Virus genome (UHGV): UHGV-0115009
DNA length: 35,806 nt
From: a virus
Strand: one strand, 5' to 3'
Shown: positions 1 to 9,686 of the stretch, one piece after another
How positions within the stretch are numbered: position 1 is the first letter of the stretch
Layout: every line of letters begins with the position of its first letter
Notes under the pieces: generated by a model
Database searches by the model: none
What the model was told of the DNA's origin: nothing
Seen by the model: the letters and a program-made list of their open reading frames with translations, nothing else
Translations under genes and position numbers: made by a program

Positions 1-695
1 CCCAGGATGTCGGCTTGTGACATGCCGACCTGCGTGCCGGATGCAGCAAGGCGCATGGCCATGCTGGAAATGTCTTTTTCGGTGGTGGCGTAGTTGTTTC
101 CCAGGTCTACGATGGCACTGCCGTAGTTGGAAACCTCGCTGTGCGCCATCTTCGTGATGTTGGCGAACTGCGCCATTTCCGTTGCAGCCGTTTCGGCGTC
201 CATGTTCGTGGCGATGTCCAGGCCGCTGACCACACGGCTGAACTCGTCCAGTTCGTCAATAGTGAAGCCAAGCTGCGCGCCAAGCGCCTGCACGTCAAGG
301 ATCTGCGAAGCCGAAACCGCGTTGGTTTTGCTGAACTCTATTGCGGCTTCCTTCAGCCCCTGGTACTGCTCTTCTGTTCCATCGACGGTCTTCTTCACGT
401 TGGTAAGAGAAGTGTCGATGCTTATTGCGGCTGCTGCGGTTGCAGCGCTTACGGCGACCACGGCGGCGGTAACGCCAAGCCATCGATCGCCGAACTGCTC
501 AGCCTTGTAGCCCGCGTTCTCGATGGCAGCGCCCTGCTCAAGCATGCTGGTGCCGATCTGCGCCAGGTTCCTTGCCGCACCCGTTCCGGCAATGGCGGAT
601 TGAGCGTTCAGCTTCTCAAGCCCCTGCAGCGCTCGCTCGACAGCCCTGCCGTTGTAGCTGCCAACGATCTTTATGTTTACGTTAGCCGTTCCCAC
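1..695 (-). CDS. Tail tape measure protein, N-terminal part (continues at 35806)
   Basis: Open frame ...ANVNIKIVG...SIDTSLTNVKKTVDGTEEQYQGLKEAAIEFSKT...ALGAQLG resembles TP901-type tape measure domains. Probable GTG start at 695 with GAAAGGG upstream. Confidence 0.88.
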   Translation of the reverse strand, partial: MGTANVNIKIVGSYNGRAVERALQGLEKLNAQSAIAGTGAARNLAQIGTSMLEQGAAIENAGYKAEQFGDRWLGVTAAVVAVSAATAAAAISIDTSLTNVKKTVDGTEEQYQGLKEAAIEFSKTNAVSASQILDVQALGAQLGFTIDELDEFSRVVSGLDIATNMDAETAATEMAQFANITKMAHSEVSNYGSAIVDLGNNYATTEKDISSMAMRLAASGTQVGMSQADIL

Positions 696-1152
696 ACAAC
701 GCCCTTTCAATCGCTGCGGCAACCTTGTTCTGGATCTTCAAGGTGTTCTCGTTAACAGCCGGAACCATGCTTCGCGGGTTCGAACCGCGCGGAACGCCAA
801 CGCCCGAGCGCTTTGCAAGTCGCGCGTTCGCAAGCGGCGTGCCCTTGGACGTGCGCGTTTTCGCGCCGAACTTGGCGAACTCGATAACGCCTGCGGCGGC
901 ATCGTTTGATGACAGCTTTATCCCCCAACCAACGTTTTTGATGGAAAGCGTCGATCTGAAAGCGCCCGAAGCAGAGAAAGCGGAAGCCTTGGACTGCGCG
1001 GTGGCAAGAACCAGGCTTCCGCTTTCGCGGATCGCGTCGGTGACGATCTTTTCCCCGTCGCTGTTAGTAGCGCGAAGGTTGCGCATGATCTCGTTGAGGC
1101 CATCGACCTCGACGGACATAAGACCACTGTTACCTGCTGCGTAAACCGCCAC
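682..1152 (-). CDS. HK97 gp10-like tail completion protein
   Basis: VEVDGLNEIMRNL...SGAFRSTLS...AGVIEFAK...MVPAV pattern; located in the tail module. Confidence 0.65.
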   Translation of the reverse strand: MAVYAAGNSGLMSVEVDGLNEIMRNLRATNSDGEKIVTDAIRESGSLVLATAQSKASAFSASGAFRSTLSIKNVGWGIKLSSNDAAAGVIEFAKFGAKTRTSKGTPLANARLAKRSGVGVPRGSNPRSMVPAVNENTLKIQNKVAAAIERALCGNG

Positions 1153-1348
1153 GGTTGAAAATCCTGTTCACTCGCTCCTTTCGTCCAGCCTGGCGGCGCT
1201 CCCTGAACGTCGCGCGCCTGGCGGAGTAAAGGCTTATGTACGATTCGAAAACCTGCGGGTAGTCGCGCTCAAGGATGCACAGATCTAAGGGCGAGCAACC
1301 GCTGTTGTAGGCCGCAACCGCTATCTGCTCTGCCCATCGGCTAAAGGG
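1130..1348 (-). CDS. Tail assembly chaperone, -1 frameshift extension (GT-like)
   Basis: The -1 frame after slippery CCCTTTA reads PFSRWAEQIAVAAYNSG... to the stop at 1130. Confidence 0.7.
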   Translation of the reverse strand, partial: PFSRWAEQIAVAAYNSGCSPLDLCILERDYPQVFESYISLYSARRATFRERRQAGRKERVNRIFNRGGLRSR

Positions 1349-1626
1349 GCGGTCTGCTCGGTCTGCTCCATGATTTCCAGATCCCACATGTCCGCAAGGA
1401 AGTTGACGGCATCATCCAGGCTCATTGCCGGATCGACAATGCCCAGCGCTTCAAGCTTACCGGCGGATTTCGCGGCGTAGTAGCCCCATGCGTATGAAAG
1501 CCTTCCGGCTTTCGCCGGGTTGTCCGGCCAGTCCATCGCGGCATCCTGCGCCTTCCACAGCGAGCTGCGCCCGCAGCTGAACTTGATGCTTTTCTCGGGA
1601 TTGGTGAAGACCACGTTGAAGATCAT
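1321..1626 (-). CDS. Tail assembly chaperone (G-like)
   Basis: Directly downstream of the major tail gene; AGGAGG RBS; slippery site near its 3' end. Confidence 0.75.
   Translation of the reverse strand: MIFNVVFTNPEKSIKFSCGRSSLWKAQDAAMDWPDNPAKAGRLSYAWGYYAAKSAGKLEALGIVDPAMSLDDAVNFLADMWDLEIMEQTEQTAPLADGQSR
1342..1348 (-). other. Programmed -1 ribosomal frameshift site C CCT TTA
   Basis: XXXYYYZ heptamer in the correct phase near the end of the chaperone gene, leading into an overlapping -1 ORF. Confidence 0.75.
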
Positions 1627-1652
1627 TGCGTACCTCCTGTTTCATGCCGCGC

Positions 1653-2669
1653 TTACGCGGTCACGTAGCTTTGAACATTGTTAACAATGGTGATGGTGAT
1701 GGGCGTTCCGGTTTTGCTGGCGATGCCGATGTCCTCCGCGCTGAACTGGATTTCCGCAGCGCTTCCCTCGGGGTCAATTTCAGGCATTTCGCAGTTCCAC
1801 GGGATGTTCTGCATGCCAACTTCAAGCGTGCATTTTTCATCCTGGCTGTGAGTGAACTTCCACTTCGCGCTGCCGTAGACGATTCGGCTGGTAACGGTGG
1901 TTCCGTCCACCTTGCCGGTGAGCAGCTTGCGAATAAGCGCGAAATCGTCGGGAATGACGGTCATGTTCACGGCGGTGGTCAGCTTGCCCTCGGAAAGCTC
2001 GTCGGCGATTACGTTGCCGGCGGCTCGGTGGGCGGTGAGGTTGTTCGAAAGCTCGAAATCGCCCTTGGTCACGGTCGCCGCAGCGGGCGTGTTCGTAGCG
2101 GTGTCGATAAGGAACTCGCCGCTTGTGGGAATGAAATACCCATCAAAGCAGCTTGGCTCCTGGTCATCCGACCATTCGCCGAACAGCGAAGCGTCGATTC
2201 CCGCCGCAGTAACGCCGATGTCGATTGGCGCATTGCCTTCGAATGAAAGCGAAAGCGTGTCCATCTTGCAGCCGATGGCCTTCTGCACGGTCGCGTCGGC
2301 GGTATCGCCTACCTGCCCCCAGAACGTGAGGTACGGAAGGGCGGAGCCCAGCGTGATGACGTGCTTGAAGTATCCACTCTCTTCGGCAGGGCTGGAAACG
2401 ATGTTGCCGCACTGCGCGAAGGCGTACAGCGGCAGAACGTCCGCGTATGCAAGCGATTCGAAATCCACGCCCATGTTCACTTCGGAAACGTATGCGCTGT
2501 TGGAGCTGTTGGCGCGAAGTCCGCACGCAACCGGTTTGCTTTCGATGGTTCGCTCGGGCTTCACAAGGCCGCCGCCGGTAAGGCCGTGCGTGAAAGTCGG
2601 CGCGGTTGCCGCAGTGCCCTTCGCCGTCTGCAGGGCAACGCCAAGCAGGCCGATGGATACATTGATCAT
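1653..2669 (-). CDS. Major tail tube protein
   Basis: 338 aa, beta-rich/acidic composition, AAGGAG RBS, canonical position before the chaperones. Confidence 0.8.
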   Translation of the reverse strand: MINVSIGLLGVALQTAKGTAATAPTFTHGLTGGGLVKPERTIESKPVACGLRANSSNSAYVSEVNMGVDFESLAYADVLPLYAFAQCGNIVSSPAEESGYFKHVITLGSALPYLTFWGQVGDTADATVQKAIGCKMDTLSLSFEGNAPIDIGVTAAGIDASLFGEWSDDQEPSCFDGYFIPTSGEFLIDTATNTPAAATVTKGDFELSNNLTAHRAAGNVIADELSEGKLTTAVNMTVIPDDFALIRKLLTGKVDGTTVTSRIVYGSAKWKFTHSQDEKCTLEVGMQNIPWNCEMPEIDPEGSAAEIQFSAEDIGIASKTGTPITITIVNNVQSYVTA

Positions 2670-2671
2670 TG

Positions 2672-2833
2672 CTACTCCTTTGCCGTTTTGGTCTGTGCCG
2701 TCTTGGCGATTCCCGCGCCGTCAAAAGCCGCCTGAACCGGCTTCGGCATATCGTCCAGCGCATCGCCTTTCTTCACGCGCCACGCGCGCCCGTTGACGAA
2801 CGCGGTAGCGTCTTTATTTGCCGTTTTCGGCAT
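2672..2833 (-). CDS. Small hypothetical virion-module protein (53 aa, not in ORF track)
   Basis: MPKTANKDATAFVNGRAWRVKKGDALDDMPKPVQAAFDGAGIAKTAQTKTAKE fills the gap between flanking genes; AAGGAG upstream. Confidence 0.65.
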   Translation of the reverse strand: MPKTANKDATAFVNGRAWRVKKGDALDDMPKPVQAAFDGAGIAKTAQTKTAKE

Positions 2834-3323
2834 TTCGCACCAACTCCTTGAACTCTTTCGGGCATATCGATGCCGTTTTCAACGTCACTTCGACAACGGC
2901 GGCGGCGATGTGCTTCTTGTCGGAAGTGCCGTCCACCGCCGCATCGGAAATGCGCGGAATCGCGTTGTTCACCGCCCTGCCAAGCGTCGCTTCCGCCGTG
3001 ATCGCCATGCACACACTGTTCACGTACATCTGCAGCGTGTCCACGGCCTTGTTCCTGTCCGCATGCGTTGCGATGCAGTACACGTCCAGGGCGAAATTCG
3101 TTGCCAGCTCATGGCTCGTGGCGCTTCCCTGGGCGGAATTGCTGTACGGGAGGAAATCGACCCACACATGGAACGGCGCGATGTTCCTTGGCGTTCCTTG
3201 GTCAACCTTCGGCTGCGGCGGCTTCCTTTCCCCGTACAGCGCAAGGCCGCTGTCGGAAAACGCAAGCTTCATGCGCTTGAAGAGCGCATCGGAAGCTGCT
3301 TTGTATGGCGTTTGAAGATCCAT
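2814..3323 (-). CDS. Putative tail terminator / head-tail completion protein
   Basis: 169 aa, located between the adaptor and the tail tube gene; coupled start/stop overlap. Confidence 0.6.
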   Translation of the reverse strand: MDLQTPYKAASDALFKRMKLAFSDSGLALYGERKPPQPKVDQGTPRNIAPFHVWVDFLPYSNSAQGSATSHELATNFALDVYCIATHADRNKAVDTLQMYVNSVCMAITAEATLGRAVNNAIPRISDAAVDGTSDKKHIAAAVVEVTLKTASICPKEFKELVRNAENGK

Positions 3324-4099
3324 CAGGCCACCCCGTAGCGCTTGCGCCCGAACTGCTCGATGATCGCGTCAACCTCCGGAAGCCCGGTAGCGCCGTCGCG
3401 CCCCGCGATGGTGAAGCGAAGGAATCCGGCATCGGTTGCTTCTCCCACCGCTCGGGAAGGCACGACATCGGAACGAAGGTAGTAAGCGGCAAGATCAAGC
3501 ACTGCCTGGGACACGCGCGCGGGAACGTGCCCGGTGCCGTATACGTATTTGATCTCGCACGGCTCGCCTTCGAACCGTCCGTTTACAGCAACCTGGCAAT
3601 CGCTCACCAGGCGAGCGTATCCGGGGCTTTCGATGCAATCCACATCGCAATCATCAAGTTCGACGTATCGCCAAGGGCTGTACACCTTCGTGCAGCCGCA
3701 CCGCCGCACGAAGGTTCTCTTCGCGTTCAGCTCGAACGTTTCCGTAGCCGCCTGCCTGGCAGCCCAAAGCTCTTCGTCGCTTTTCGCGCTGAAATCGTCC
3801 GTGCCATCGCCGTAGGATTTAAGCCTTTCGATGGCGAAATAATGGCGCGGAACGATCTCGAACGTCGATTGGAAAGCCGCATCTTCCGAGCCGTCCGCGA
3901 ACCATGCCGCTTTCACGATGGCGGGGCATGCGTCGAACTTCGGGAGTTTCAGCTTGCCGCCGTCCAACGTGATCTCTTGGGCATCGGCTGATGCACCAGG
4001 GCGGAGGATGACCTTGGTTAGCGCCGCATCCGCGAACAGCTCGAAAGATGCGGCTTCGCCGTTTGCGACGCGAACATGGCTGTCAGGCGCAATCTTCAT
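3323..4099 (-). CDS. Head-tail adaptor/connector protein
   Basis: C-terminal YVYG..VPARVSQAVLDLAA...TGLPEVDAII motif typical of head-to-tail adaptors; position after capsid. Confidence 0.7.
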   Translation of the reverse strand: MKIAPDSHVRVANGEAASFELFADAALTKVILRPGASADAQEITLDGGKLKLPKFDACPAIVKAAWFADGSEDAAFQSTFEIVPRHYFAIERLKSYGDGTDDFSAKSDEELWAARQAATETFELNAKRTFVRRCGCTKVYSPWRYVELDDCDVDCIESPGYARLVSDCQVAVNGRFEGEPCEIKYVYGTGHVPARVSQAVLDLAAYYLRSDVVPSRAVGEATDAGFLRFTIAGRDGATGLPEVDAIIEQFGRKRYGVA

Positions 4100-4105
4100 C
4101 TGGCG

Positions 4106-4519
4106 CTACTCCTCAAGCAGCGCTTCCAGCTGCACGATGGTCGCGTTCTTCGGGTACTTGATTCCCTTTTCGTCGCACGCGGCCTGCAGCTCCGCCTTCG
4201 TGCGCTTCTTCGGCTCGCTCTCTTCGCCTTCCACATCCTCTTCCGCATCCTGGGAACCGGATGCATGCTGCAGCACCGCATCCAGGACGGCATCGGGCGA
4301 TTCGTTCCACAGCGCAGTCACATCTTCAAGATCCATTCCGGCAGCGTCCGCCCATTTCTCGTTCATGGGATGCGCAGGAGCGGCATCGACGGGATAAGTC
4401 GGCGAAGATGCGCCAGCGCCGATAAGGCCGCGCTTCTTCGCCTCTTCATCGGTCATGGTTTCGCCGGCGAAGGCTACCAGCTTGCCGTTCTTCACAACGC
4501 GTTCAGGCGAGGTGTACAT
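4106..4519 (-). CDS. Acidic protein with C-terminal HeH/LEM-like domain
   Basis: TKAELQAACDEKGIKYPKNATIVQLEALL; such small genes commonly follow capsid genes. Confidence 0.6.
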   Translation of the reverse strand: MYTSPERVVKNGKLVAFAGETMTDEEAKKRGLIGAGASSPTYPVDAAPAHPMNEKWADAAGMDLEDVTALWNESPDAVLDAVLQHASGSQDAEEDVEGEESEPKKRTKAELQAACDEKGIKYPKNATIVQLEALLEE

Positions 4520-5709
4520 TAGGCCACCTCCTCCTGCGGGATGGCATCCTGGCAGTAAACGAAAGCGTCAGGATATGCGACCTTCAGCGCGTTGGCCTCT
4601 TCCAAGCGAAGCGTGAGCTGGTTCTTGTTGAACTGGTCGTTGACGGTGCCGACGGCAAGCGTCTGCGCGCCGTCGCTGAACAGGGTTGCGGCGTTCTGGT
4701 AGTAGACGATGCATCCAAAATGCATAAAGGTTTTCAGCGTGGAGTCAGCGCCTGTGGTGGTCGTGGTCACCAGGTTGAAGTCTTCAATGACGGGAAGGTT
4801 CCACACGCGACCGTTGGCCATAAGGGTCAGGTAGCTGCCGTTGTCGTCCTTCAGCAGATCCATCGCTTCCTTGACCTGCGGCGCGACGCATACGCATGTG
4901 GGGTACAGGCGGCTGTTCATGATCGCCAGCGTAACCATGCGGCGGATGGAGTCCACAACATGGTCACCTGTTTTCGCGGTGTATTCCTGGATGCCTACGG
5001 TGTTCAGGATGCCAGTGATGCCCTCGCTGTCGTTTCCGGAAACGGCATGGGCGTCGCGCTCTTCGTGCAATCCGATGGAAAGCTCGTTCTCAAGCACGTT
5101 CTGCAGCTCTCCGTAGCGCTTCAGCGTGGGCTCTTCCACGGGAACGGTGGTGGCGATGACCTCAAGCGGGGCGGTCTTCTTCTCCCATTCGAAATAGGAT
5201 GCGGCCTTCGTCTCGCCGCTCTTCCACGTTCCAACGTTGGTGTCGCGCGTCTTGCGGCGCATGTACTTCACGTCTCCGTTGGTGGTGCCGTGCGCCAGGG
5301 AATCGGCGAATCCGTAGAACGGCGATGCGCCCCATCCGGGAATCGTGGTTTCCTCAATGGTCGGATCGTCGATGGTCACGACCGTGGTGGTGGAAGAGGT
5401 GTTCTTTACGTTGCCTTCCATGCACACGGTGATGGCATCGCCGACTTGCAATCCCTTGAACGCGTTGCGCGCGCCAAGGAAGCGCTCGATGCGATTGCGC
5501 GGCACCGCGGGAGGAACGATGGAGCCCTTGGCAAGCGCCTCCGCCTTCATTTCCTCTTCTGCCTTGATGGCGCTTGCAAGCATTTCGTCCAGCTCCATGA
5601 TCTGGCCTTCCATGCGGCGCGCATCGTCCATTCGCTCTTCCGCAACCGCCTTCGCGATGCTGTCGTTCAGCATGGTCTTGCGGTTAAGGATTTCAACTGG
5701 CGTTAGCAT
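4519..5709 (-). CDS. Major capsid protein, HK97 fold
   Basis: N-terminal coiled delta domain; SGND..GITGIL, LKDDNGSYL and FNKNQLTLRLEE motifs. Confidence 0.9.
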   Translation of the reverse strand: MLTPVEILNRKTMLNDSIAKAVAEERMDDARRMEGQIMELDEMLASAIKAEEEMKAEALAKGSIVPPAVPRNRIERFLGARNAFKGLQVGDAITVCMEGNVKNTSSTTTVVTIDDPTIEETTIPGWGASPFYGFADSLAHGTTNGDVKYMRRKTRDTNVGTWKSGETKAASYFEWEKKTAPLEVIATTVPVEEPTLKRYGELQNVLENELSIGLHEERDAHAVSGNDSEGITGILNTVGIQEYTAKTGDHVVDSIRRMVTLAIMNSRLYPTCVCVAPQVKEAMDLLKDDNGSYLTLMANGRVWNLPVIEDFNLVTTTTTGADSTLKTFMHFGCIVYYQNAATLFSDGAQTLAVGTVNDQFNKNQLTLRLEEANALKVAYPDAFVYCQDAIPQEEVA

Positions 5710-6410
5710 TCTTTTTCTCCTATCTGGTATACCTTGCCGTTGACAACAGTGAAGGCGGGCTTCTTCGCTTCAGGGGCTTGTTCGCCCGTTCCCTCGCGCG
5801 CCATTGTCGTTTCATCGTTACAGGTTGGCTTTTTCACGGCGGAAAGGCCGGTCGGCACGTGCTTGAATTGCGCCATAAGGCGTTCGTTGTAGCTGTTGGA
5901 AACGGCCTTCTCTTCGCAGTAGCCGTCGGCAAGGCCGCACGCGATTGCCTCCGCCGCCGTGAACCACGTTTCCGCCGACATGAGGTTCTTTATTTCCTCT
6001 TCGTCCATGTCGCTTTTCGCGGCGTAGATAGACCTGATGGTTTCAGCCAGCTTGTCCAGGCTGTCGGCGGCGCTTCGAAGCTCTTCGGCGTTGCCCTGCG
6101 CGTACATGAACGGGTCGTGGATCATCATGGTCGCGCTCGGGCTGATAAGAACTTCGTCGGCGGAAAGGATGCAGTAGGACGCTGCCGATGCCGCCAGCCC
6201 GTCGATGAACGCGCGCACATGGCCTTCGTACCGCTGGATGGCGGTGTAGATCGCGCTGCCGTCGAAAACGCTGCCACCTGGGCTGTTGACGAAGATGTCC
6301 ACGGGTTCGCCGCCGAAGCCGTTCAGCAGCTTCACGAACTTCGCAGCTGGCATGCTGTCATCGTCCCACCAGTCGTCGCCGATGGTTCCGTACAGGTAGA
6401 TGGCGTTCAT
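5703..6410 (-). CDS. ClpP-like head maturation protease
   Basis: NSPGGSVFDG, DGLAASAAS, MMIHDP and ETWFTAAEAIACGLAD motifs. Confidence 0.93.
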   Translation of the reverse strand: MNAIYLYGTIGDDWWDDDSMPAAKFVKLLNGFGGEPVDIFVNSPGGSVFDGSAIYTAIQRYEGHVRAFIDGLAASAASYCILSADEVLISPSATMMIHDPFMYAQGNAEELRSAADSLDKLAETIRSIYAAKSDMDEEEIKNLMSAETWFTAAEAIACGLADGYCEEKAVSNSYNERLMAQFKHVPTGLSAVKKPTCNDETTMAREGTGEQAPEAKKPAFTVVNGKVYQIGEKEC

Positions 6411-7657
6411 TGCTGGTTCCCTTTCTGTTCGTCATTGGTCGCTGATGGATCTACCGGCTTGCCGTCGGTAAGCGAGTAGTAGGCAGTGGGCTGCAGCGGT
6501 TCGTCCAAGCCGTCGATAGGCGGAAGCTCCTCCCATTTGCGAACTTCAGCGCGCGTGTAGAAGCCCGCGTAAACGCCGATGCGGTAGCCCTCCATGCGGT
6601 CTCTGTACGCGCCGCGCATGTACCCGTTCAGGTCGAAGCGCGCGTAGCAGTCGGGGAAACGCTGCTCCATCGCATCCAAAACGGGCTGCAGAGCCTGTTC
6701 GATGCTCCGCGCTTCGTTTGTTAGCGTCGTCTGCGCGAACTGCAGCTGCATGGCATCGACGTTGCTGTAGGTGCTTCGGCTGTTCTCGTAGACCATCGCA
6801 GGCGGAACGCCCAGGATGCGGCAGCACTGTTGCAGCACCCACGTCTGCATGTCGATCATGGACATGTCGGCGATGGTCAGCGGGTTTTGGCGGTACTTCA
6901 ATCCCTTGTCGAAGATCCTGATGCTTCCTGCGGTTTGGATGCCGCTTTGCTGTTTAAGCGATTCGATAACCGAAAGCTTTTCCTTGTTCGACAGATCTTC
7001 GTCGGTTTCCAGGTATCCGGGGAAATGGTTGCCGTTGTCCAGCAGTCGGCTGTAAAAGCGCTCAAGATCGATGCTCAATCCCACTTCCTCCGCCGCCAGT
7101 TTCGCCAGGCTTTCGCCAGTGATGCCGCAGGTCTTCGAAACCGGAGTTTTGAAAACGAGGATTTCGTGCGGCGAATAGGTTCCCGGCTGCGTGAAATCGT
7201 CTGCGAACTGGATGTTCCAGAAGCAGCGGCCGCTTTCCGGGTGCATCACCGGCTGCACGTTGCACTTGCGCGCCACCGGAAAGAGCGCGACGGGCTCGCC
7301 GCGCGCGTTCCATTTCACGCGCACGTAGGCATTGCCGAAAACGCTTCTTTCCATGATCAGCCAGTTCCAGCCCTCGAAGGCGGTAGTAAGATCGTTCCAC
7401 CTTCTGGCAAGCAGCTTTGCTAGCGGATGCTTCACCTTCTCGCCGTAGTCATCGGCGTTCGTCTGGAAAACATGGACTGGCAGCGACGCTATAGCCTGGC
7501 TTTTCGCCAGGCAGCACGCCATGAAATCAACCGAAAGGTACGCGGCTGTTTCGCTGATGACCCTTTTTTCGCGCCTGGATAGGTAAGGAAGGTACGTGTA
7601 GGTTTCCCCGAAAAGCCGCTTAACCGCAGCTTTTGCGAACCTGTCGAATAGCTTCAT
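6407..7657 (-). CDS. Portal protein, HK97 family
   Basis: IASLP, FGNAY, ILGVPP and EVRKWEELPPIDG motifs. Start placed at the ATG with GAAAGG RBS; 7696 is an alternative. Confidence 0.92.
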   Translation of the reverse strand: MKLFDRFAKAAVKRLFGETYTYLPYLSRREKRVISETAAYLSVDFMACCLAKSQAIASLPVHVFQTNADDYGEKVKHPLAKLLARRWNDLTTAFEGWNWLIMERSVFGNAYVRVKWNARGEPVALFPVARKCNVQPVMHPESGRCFWNIQFADDFTQPGTYSPHEILVFKTPVSKTCGITGESLAKLAAEEVGLSIDLERFYSRLLDNGNHFPGYLETDEDLSNKEKLSVIESLKQQSGIQTAGSIRIFDKGLKYRQNPLTIADMSMIDMQTWVLQQCCRILGVPPAMVYENSRSTYSNVDAMQLQFAQTTLTNEARSIEQALQPVLDAMEQRFPDCYARFDLNGYMRGAYRDRMEGYRIGVYAGFYTRAEVRKWEELPPIDGLDEPLQPTAYYSLTDGKPVDPSATNDEQKGNQQ

Positions 7658-7699
7658 ATCCGTCCTTTCTTTCGTCAGGGCGGAATAATCGGCCATGCG

Positions 7700-9175
7700 T
7701 TACAGGTCGAACACGAACTGCGCGTCTTCGTAGTTGTGCGGCTGCGGAACGTTTTTGTAGATGTACATGGCCATGCTCGCCGCAATCGCCATATCAATGT
7801 GCTTTTTCGTCTTGCCGCTGCCGCTGGAAGTGAACCGCATTCCGTATGCCTTGTTCTGCTCCTCGATGCAGTTGCCCGCATGGTCGGCCAGGATGGGAGT
7901 GTCCGCCAAGCATGCCGTTTTGCCTTCGATGGCATGGCGCAGCAGCTCGCACGCCGGGCACATGATGGAAGGCTGCTGCTTCAAAACGAACGTCTCAACT
8001 CCCTTTTCGCGCTCAAGGTACTTCAGAAGAAGAACCATGCGCGCAGGGTCTGCGCCGATCAGCGGCTTCCCGCTTTTGCTGCCCAGAACCTCCAGAACGT
8101 CCGCCACCTCCATGAAATCGTAGTAGCCGGTTTCGTCCGGCTCTTCCCAGGCGAATTCCAGGAAAACGTCCCTGCCTTCCTGCTCCTGGTAGCAGCAGAT
8201 CGCAAGCGTATCGCCTGAAGTGGCGCCGTCGATTCCCACCGCGAAGAACCGCGAGAAATCGAACTTCGCGGCCTGTTTCGAGCAGAAGTTTATGCGCGTC
8301 TGCTTGATGGCGTGCTTTTCGCTCGCAAGCTGCGGGAACCTGTTCAGCATGTACCGCTCGAAGCGCGGCCTTTTCAGCGCGCGGAACTGCTCTTCTATGT
8401 CGGCAACGCTAACCCACGACGGTAGCGCAAGCTTCTTCCAAACGCGCCTGTCGCTCGCTTTGTCGCTGTCGCTTGCGCACAGCCACCAGTAGTAGCACGC
8501 CGGATCGTTTGGCGCTGTCTCGGTCAGCAGGTCGTAAAGGAAGCCTTTCGCTTCAGCGCCCGCCGTGGTTATGGCAAGGCACAGCGAATTAGGGATGGAA
8601 CGCATGCCGGAAATGATAGCGTCCCAAACGGAGGAATCGCGCCACACGTGCAGCTCGTCGCAGACGATCATGTTGAAATGCCAGCCCTGCACTGCCGCTT
8701 CCGAATACGGGAAGACAAGTATTTCAGCGCCGGTTTCCCTGTTCTGCATGCCGCCTTTGAGCGGTTCCCACAAAGCGTTCAGCTCCGGGTCTAGCGCGCA
8801 CATCGTTTTCAGCTTCTTCAACAGCTTCGCCGCCTGCGGCTCGCTGGAAGCTATAAGGCCGTATTGGCCGTTGTACACGGGCTCCATGTTCGCAACGGTG
8901 AGCAGCATGGCGCATGCTATTTCCGATTTGCCGTAATCGCGTGGCACGCATATCACGGCGCGGCGGTAGGATCTTCGGAACGCGCCGTTCAAGACCTTGC
9001 CCGTTGCCAGGATCGGACGCCAGATGTATTCGCGCTGCCATGGTTCCAGGTCGAACGGCTTTGCGTAGAATTCGTCGTTGCCGGCATGGTGGATGTGCTG
9101 CATGCAGAAAAACTCGTACAGATCCGCTCGCTGCAGACCTGCGTTCGTGTAGCGTTTTTTCCTACTTCGGCGCAT
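7700..9175 (-). CDS. terL: Terminase large subunit
   Basis: LEPWQ, Walker A PRDYGKS, Walker B IVCDELH, ITTAG, nuclease GID and HIDMAIA motifs. Confidence 0.93.
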   Translation of the reverse strand: MRRSRKKRYTNAGLQRADLYEFFCMQHIHHAGNDEFYAKPFDLEPWQREYIWRPILATGKVLNGAFRRSYRRAVICVPRDYGKSEIACAMLLTVANMEPVYNGQYGLIASSEPQAAKLLKKLKTMCALDPELNALWEPLKGGMQNRETGAEILVFPYSEAAVQGWHFNMIVCDELHVWRDSSVWDAIISGMRSIPNSLCLAITTAGAEAKGFLYDLLTETAPNDPACYYWWLCASDSDKASDRRVWKKLALPSWVSVADIEEQFRALKRPRFERYMLNRFPQLASEKHAIKQTRINFCSKQAAKFDFSRFFAVGIDGATSGDTLAICCYQEQEGRDVFLEFAWEEPDETGYYDFMEVADVLEVLGSKSGKPLIGADPARMVLLLKYLEREKGVETFVLKQQPSIMCPACELLRHAIEGKTACLADTPILADHAGNCIEEQNKAYGMRFTSSGSGKTKKHIDMAIAASMAMYIYKNVPQPHNYEDAQFVFDL

Positions 9176-9686
9176 CCAACCGTCCCTTGAATCTCTCGAA
9201 CAGCTCTTCCGTCTTCTTCACAAGATCAGCTTGCGTTGATTTGGTCATCGCGTCCATCAAGCCCAGGCGCTGTCGCGCAAGCGGCGTGACCCCGTATTCG
9301 CTTGCAAGCATGCGGAACATGTTCGCAGCCTGCTGAGCCGTCTTGATGTCGGGATGCTGCTTGAGCGTCATCGGATCTGCAACGCCCTCCACAACCCTGG
9401 CAACCCTGGTGACAACGCGTCCATCCGGCAGAAGCGTGTTCTGCATGCACTGCTGGTAGACGGCGTACCAGTAGCACATCTGCTCAAGCCCCGGCACATC
9501 CGCTTCCGTGTACTGCGCCCCATCACCGACGATAAAGTCCCAGCAGCGCTCCATCGTCGGATTTGCGCACACCGAATCGGGTTTCTGCAGCGCACATACC
9601 ACGGTTGCGGCAAGCTCTTCCGCATGGCCTGGCGGGTCTTTTCTCCTTCGCACAGCATCGGCTTTCGGCTTGCGGCCTTTCACCAT
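9162..9686 (-). CDS. terS: Terminase small subunit (P27-like)
   Basis: GRKPK N-terminus and HP...EYGVTPLARQRL motif; immediately upstream of terL. Confidence 0.88.
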   Translation of the reverse strand: MVKGRKPKADAVRRRKDPPGHAEELAATVVCALQKPDSVCANPTMERCWDFIVGDGAQYTEADVPGLEQMCYWYAVYQQCMQNTLLPDGRVVTRVARVVEGVADPMTLKQHPDIKTAQQAANMFRMLASEYGVTPLARQRLGLMDAMTKSTQADLVKKTEELFERFKGRLDAPK

